Shown: in pieces, positions 59,054 to 64,000 of the stretch
Layout of the letters: the number at the start of each line of letters is the position of its first letter
How positions within the stretch are numbered: position 1 is the first letter of the stretch
NCBI GenBank assembly: GCA_951406725.2
Contig: OX597828.1
Location: 17,112,001 to 17,176,000, forward strand
Source of the DNA: Octopus vulgaris
Taxonomy: Eukaryota
Length of the DNA stretch: 64,000 bases
Reading direction: 5' to 3'
The notes under the pieces: generated by a model
What the model was told of the DNA's origin: nothing
The model's database searches: none
The model's input: only the letters and a program-made list of their open reading frames with translations
Program-made: the position numbers and the translations under genes

Positions 59054-59303
59054 ATATTTATATATAAAAGAAAGGTTGTGTGTCTGTCTACTCCGATTTA
59101 GATTCCTAACTACTCTCACATTTTGCGATGCAGTTTAACCAAAACCGGGTATCTTATAGTCGTGATTCATATAGAGCCCTTCTGTGTATTAGCGCGCGTC
59201 TACGATGAGTCTATGATTTTACAAATAATTTACCATCATTTTTTTCCATTTTAATGCATATTTTAAAAAATAAACGGAAGTAACACTCAAACTTCACACC
59301 AAT

Positions 59304-59825
59304 ATGCGTGCTCATATGCGACGTAATATCACATCAGCAGCATTTCCTCACACCCTCCTTGCACTTGGCGAACGCAAAATACCAGGGGATGAAAATGGTA
59401 ATATTGCCATCGATTCCATTTGTACCATTGTTATGACGCCTTCTGATCTCAGAGATGCAGTGTTCCCAGATCTACAAGCTAATTATCAGAATATGGATTG
59501 GATTGGCAAAAAGGCTATACTGACCCCGAGGAATAAAACTTTTCACCATAATAATGATGAAATGCTAAAACTCATTCCTGGGGAAGTCTATGTATATCAG
59601 TCTATCGATACAACTCCTGACCCAGAGGACGTCATCAACTATCCAATAGAGGTACTCAATTCCTTTGAGCACCCCGGACTACCACCACACTTTCTCAAAC
59701 TTAAAGTTGGTGCCCCTATAATGCTCATCAGAAATTTGGTTCCCCCAAAACAATGCAATGGCACACGTTTGATTGTTAAGTCCTTATCTCCCACCGTAAG
59801 CTTATATCAATATTTGCCTGAATAA
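59304..59825 (+). pseudogene. Helitron RepHel PIF1-family helicase fragment (open for 173 codons, truncated at both ends)
   Basis: NMR, AILTPRN, YQSID, LNS...GLPPHFLKLKVGAPIMLIRNL...CNGTRLIV motifs. Confidence 0.92.
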
Positions 59826-60549
59826 TCATCATAATTCAGTGCAATCATTAACAGTACTTTCAAGCAATTCAGCCCCGAGCAACGCCGGGCAATTCTGCTA
59901 GTATATATATACATATATGGAGAAGAATAATTAGTTTTAAATCTCGCACATGCAACTCGGTAACATAAAGTAGTCACTTCAGTGCATGTGATTTGAATGA
60001 CGAACTGGGAATGGAAACCGCACTTCGATTTGCGAAGTATTACTTACTATGTGGTGGGGGAACCATGAGTATATTTTGATACCACTGAAGAAATTATACA
60101 AGCTCAGATAAGATCTAATAAATAGTTTCTCAAATTCATAAAGTATTAACTCTAAGGTGGGTCTAAGATAAAGAAATATATTTGAACTTTTGACTTCTGT
60201 CATTTAGGAAAAAATTTCACCATGTATATTACCTTATTGTCTCAATTTTCACTGATTCTATTCAACTCCATTACTTCTTACCGTTGCAGAAATTTGATTC
60301 CAGAATGCCTATTCCAAGCAATAAAAATCACTATACCTAATCTAAGTCAAAACAAAGATATCACTTTACTTCTTATAATTAAAAACAATAGAAACAATTC
60401 AAACAGCAAGTCTAAATTATTTATTATCTGCTGGAATTTATTTTTCTTGAGAACGTGAAAGTTCGTCCTACCATTCAGAGTCAAATGAAATTTAATCCAG
60501 GGAAAATTATGAACGTTTATCATAAATTTGGCTTTGTTTGGAGAATTTG

Positions 60550-61205
60550 ACACCTCTCTCTCTCTCTTTATCACTCACCCTCATCTCTCTCCCCACTCAC
60601 ACTCAAAATGTGTGTGCCACTTTCTCTCACTTTTTATCTTGAGCAAATTTTTTGCAACACTCTCTCTCTTTCTTGCTCTCTCGTTCTTTCTTGGTCTATC
60701 TCTTGCTGTCTCTCTCTTGCTCTCTCTCTCTCTTGCTCTCTCTCTCTCTTGCTCTCTCACTCTCTTGCTCCTTCTCTCTCTATTGCTCCTTCTCCCTCTC
60801 TTGCTCTCTCTCTTTCTCTCTCTCTTGCTCTCCCACTCTCGCTCTCTCAAACTTTCAGCGGCGCTCTCTCTCTCTCTCTCCCTCTGTGTCTCAAACGTTC
60901 CGTAACTCTCTCTCCCTCTCTCTCGAAAGATCTGCAGCACCCACCCACTCTCCTTCTCTTTCTTTCTCTCTCTCTATCTAGATATCTATCTCTTTCTTTC
61001 TTACAAGCTTTCTCTAACGCTCTCTCTCCCTCTCTTTTTCACTCTTTCTCATACCAACTTCAGCGCGCTCTCTCTCCGTTTCAATCAAATCTTCTCAAAC
61101 CCTATCTAGATCTATATACCACTCTACCTCGCTTTCTGTCGCTTTCCGTCTCTTTCTTTCTCCTCCTCCAACCCAGTCTCCTCTCCTCTTCTGCAAATCG
61201 CTCCA

Positions 61206-61240
<35 letters not shown>

Positions 61241-61280
61241 TTCTCTCTCTCTCTCTCACTTTCTCTCTCTCTCTCTCTCT
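60550..61280. repeat. Long degenerate (CT)n polypyrimidine tract
   Basis: Direct reading; source of the Leu/Ser and Arg/Glu ORFs. Confidence 0.9.
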
Positions 61281-61954
61281 ATGCCTTTTTGTGCTTGGTA
61301 GTCGAACAAAAACAAATACAAATATCAACAACCAAGAAACAAAAATAACAAACAAACAAACAAACAAAACCCACTCGTGTGTTTACTGTGACAATACCTA
61401 ACTGCAGTTAAACGAAAGCCTGGAAGGAATTCACCGATGTTATTACCAAGAATGTGGCACCATCTCAACAAACATCGCACTAATTTCACTGATGTGACCG
61501 TCTTTACAATATTAATTACAGATCTTGCGATTTTAGCTTTATTCGTCAGATATAACACCAAAGTGGCATAAGAAATATTCACTTTATGATGCTTGAAACT
61601 TTACATACGTAACATTCGCGAGAATGGAATTCCGGTCTCTATCCATATGATGGTAATACAATGAATTTTGAATGAAATAAACCTCTAAGCCATTTAGAAT
61701 TTATGTTGTTCGTAAGTTATTAATTTAGCTCATTTTTTTACTTTCATTTCTGTCGTTCGTTTTTTTTTTATTCATTTAGCTACGTTTTCATAGAAATGCT
61801 ATGCAAAAAGTTGTCCACAGAAATGTTGAATATTTTTAATCAAATATTATGAATATTTAATGATATATGATCAATGATTAATAAATTCATAACTTAGAAT
61901 GAGAAACCTAAAACATAACAGAAGTATCGAAGTATTAGTCAATATATATATTGG

Positions 61955-62001
<47 letters not shown>

Positions 62002-62255
62002 AATATATACATATTAGGATGATATATTTATATAACTATATGCCTATATATATATATATAGACAAAATGAGAAAATGGAGAAATATATCTAAATCAATCA
62101 TCAACTATCAGATAATACCGAATCATATACTTTATTAAAACACTACACAATAGCAATGAGATTAGACATTAATACAGTACAGTAATTTACAACCCCTATC
62201 TCATTTTATATATATATATATATATATAGTTATATATATATATAAGATCATTCAA

Positions 62256-62448
62256 ATCGTGTCGCTTATCAGGTTTCTATGACGTATAAATAAACGACAT
62301 TATAAACATTTCTCTTAAAAGGGTAACTAGTTCGTTGTAGGGTAACTCGTTTCTAGCTGAGTGAGCTTGCCCAACGTGAAACAAAATATTTTACTGAAGT
62401 ACATAACTCAAAATCCGGACAGAGAATCGAAAGACGACCTTGCGACCA
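62256..62448 (-). mobile_element. SINE family 3, inverted close paralog of 53010-53245
   Basis: Reverse complement shares tcgcaaggtcgtc, tccggattt.gagttat, aaaatatttt.tttcacgttgggcaa, acgaactagt and tgataagcgacac. Confidence 0.8.
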
Positions 62449-62569
62449 AACATCTCTGAATTTGCACTATGTATGTTGGGATAGTGGGAATATGTAATCT
62501 TTGTATTTATATTTAGGAAGCAAGATTAGCTTACTTTCATATTATCAGTGTTGAAAAGTTTGAGGCAAA

Positions 62570-62705
62570 TTTTATCAATTGTTCTAGAAAAATAAAATAC
62601 AAAGTTAACCTCATTGGGTTTTGAAATCAGAAAATATAGATCTGAAACAAATAATGCAAAGAATCTTTTCCCTGAGCTTTAGCGATTCGACCAAACCACT
62701 GACTA
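62570..62705 (-). mobile_element. SINE family 2, very degenerate
   Basis: ttttatc...caaagttaacctc...tttgaaatcagaa...agcgattc. Confidence 0.45.
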
Positions 62706-63912
62706 AGTAACACAGCTTCGTATCCTCAACCTTGATATATCGCTTGTTGATATTGATGTTATTTAGTTCAATCTTTGATACAAAGTCATTCCAAATATGC
62801 CCATCCAGTTTTCTTTATTCTTAAAAACAAGAAGATAGGTCATATTATGCAACAGATCTTCCTCACCTTCCTCTATATATTTGTGAAAACAGTAGCGAAA
62901 TTTTAGGATGATATGGCTACTAATTCTAGTGAATCAAACGACCACGTTGCATCACTGTCGTCAGTTTCTACATCAGTAGTTTTACTCTTATATATTTAAG
63001 TAATAATGAGGCTTGATATTAACTTCAACAAGCTTTCCAGGTTTATATATCCAATGAGACCTTGTAACCAATTTCAGTAAATGACAGGTGACCACTTATC
63101 CTGTTTAATTTAACAGCTAAATCTATTTCACCCTTCCTCTCTACTCCTCCCTCTCTCTCTCTCCTTTTCCCCCCGTTTCTCTTTCTGCTTTCTTCTCTCT
63201 CAACAAATTTCCTAACTATTGTGAAACTGAGATCATATAATCTAAAGGTTTGCGCTAGTTGCCGCACGTTATCGTTCTTGTCAGTAACAGCAATCAATTT
63301 GAAGCAGCAGATTAGGAGTTGTAATTTGTTGTTGTTGTTTGTGATAGAGTTGGTGGTGTTGTTGATGGTGGTGTTGATGCTGTTGTTGTTGTTGTTGGTG
63401 GTGGTGATGTTGGCGGTGGTGGTAGTGAAATACTTGGTTAATCGCAGGTCACTCCTTTTAGCGGAGTACATCTATGAACAAAGGTATTCCAGTCATGCCA
63501 CTCCAGTCAATATATTTATAGCCGTATATCTAAAACCACATTACACACCAGCAGGTATGTATATATATATATATATATATTTATATATGTACACATATAC
63601 ACATATGTATATATACATATATATACATACATATATATATGTGTGTGTATATATAGAGATAGAGAGAGGGAGAGGGAGAGGGAAGAAGGGAGAGAGAACG
63701 AAAATCAGGCAGACTGACGGGTAGATAGTTAAGTTTACAGACATGACCACAGTTAATCTCCGGTCGAAACATCAGAGCTTTCTAAGTTATCCTATAATAT
63801 ATACCATATACACTTATTTAGACATACATTATATATATATATATATATATATATATAATGCCTTAATAGATCTGCTCCACAGTGAAGCGGATAGATATCG
63901 TAAGGTTGGTAT

Positions 63913-64000
63913 AAGAGCGGGATTGGCTATGTGGTTAAGAAACTCGCTCGGAAACCACGCGGTTCCTAGTTCAGTCCCACTGTGAGGCACTGAGTTCCTG
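63913..64000 (+). mobile_element. SINE family 1 head, at the window end
   Basis: ttggctatgtggttaaga...aaccacgcggttcctagttcagtcccactgtgaggcac. Confidence 0.8.

Larger units (their letters stand above)
57646..59901 (+). mobile_element. Composite non-autonomous Helitron
   Basis: A|TCttattataaaag 5' end; 3' hairpin cccgagcaacgccggg followed by CTAG|T; PIF1 fragment inside; no TSD. Confidence 0.88.

Noticed and set aside
61380-61590. Possible coding exon
   Set aside because: Short frames with no recognisable motif or paired splice signals

Overview
AT-rich, microsatellite-saturated eukaryotic non-coding DNA. The SINE families and (TA)n/(CA)n/(AGAT)n/(AAT)n load look like an octopus/cephalopod genome (inference). 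I can support no intact host protein-coding gene; almost all listed ORFs are translated microsatellites. Recognisable content: about 20 tRNA-derived SINE copies (3 families), an R4/Dong LINE 3' fragment, five mariner relics/MITEs, two GG-terminated MITEs with 8-bp TSDs (Merlin-like) and a composite Helitron carrying a PIF1 helicase fragment. The most interesting signal is a set of hammerhead ribozyme (HHR) motifs from several unrelated families, the best-preserved ones in fold-back elements inserted in (TA)n. The best case (47031-48100) is a 365-bp tandem plus inverted repeat. It has two intact type I HHR cores exactly 365 nt apart, a compensatory U3-A8 core and Schistosoma-like tertiary loops, making it a candidate retrozyme/circular-RNA element. 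All folding and alignment was done by eye.
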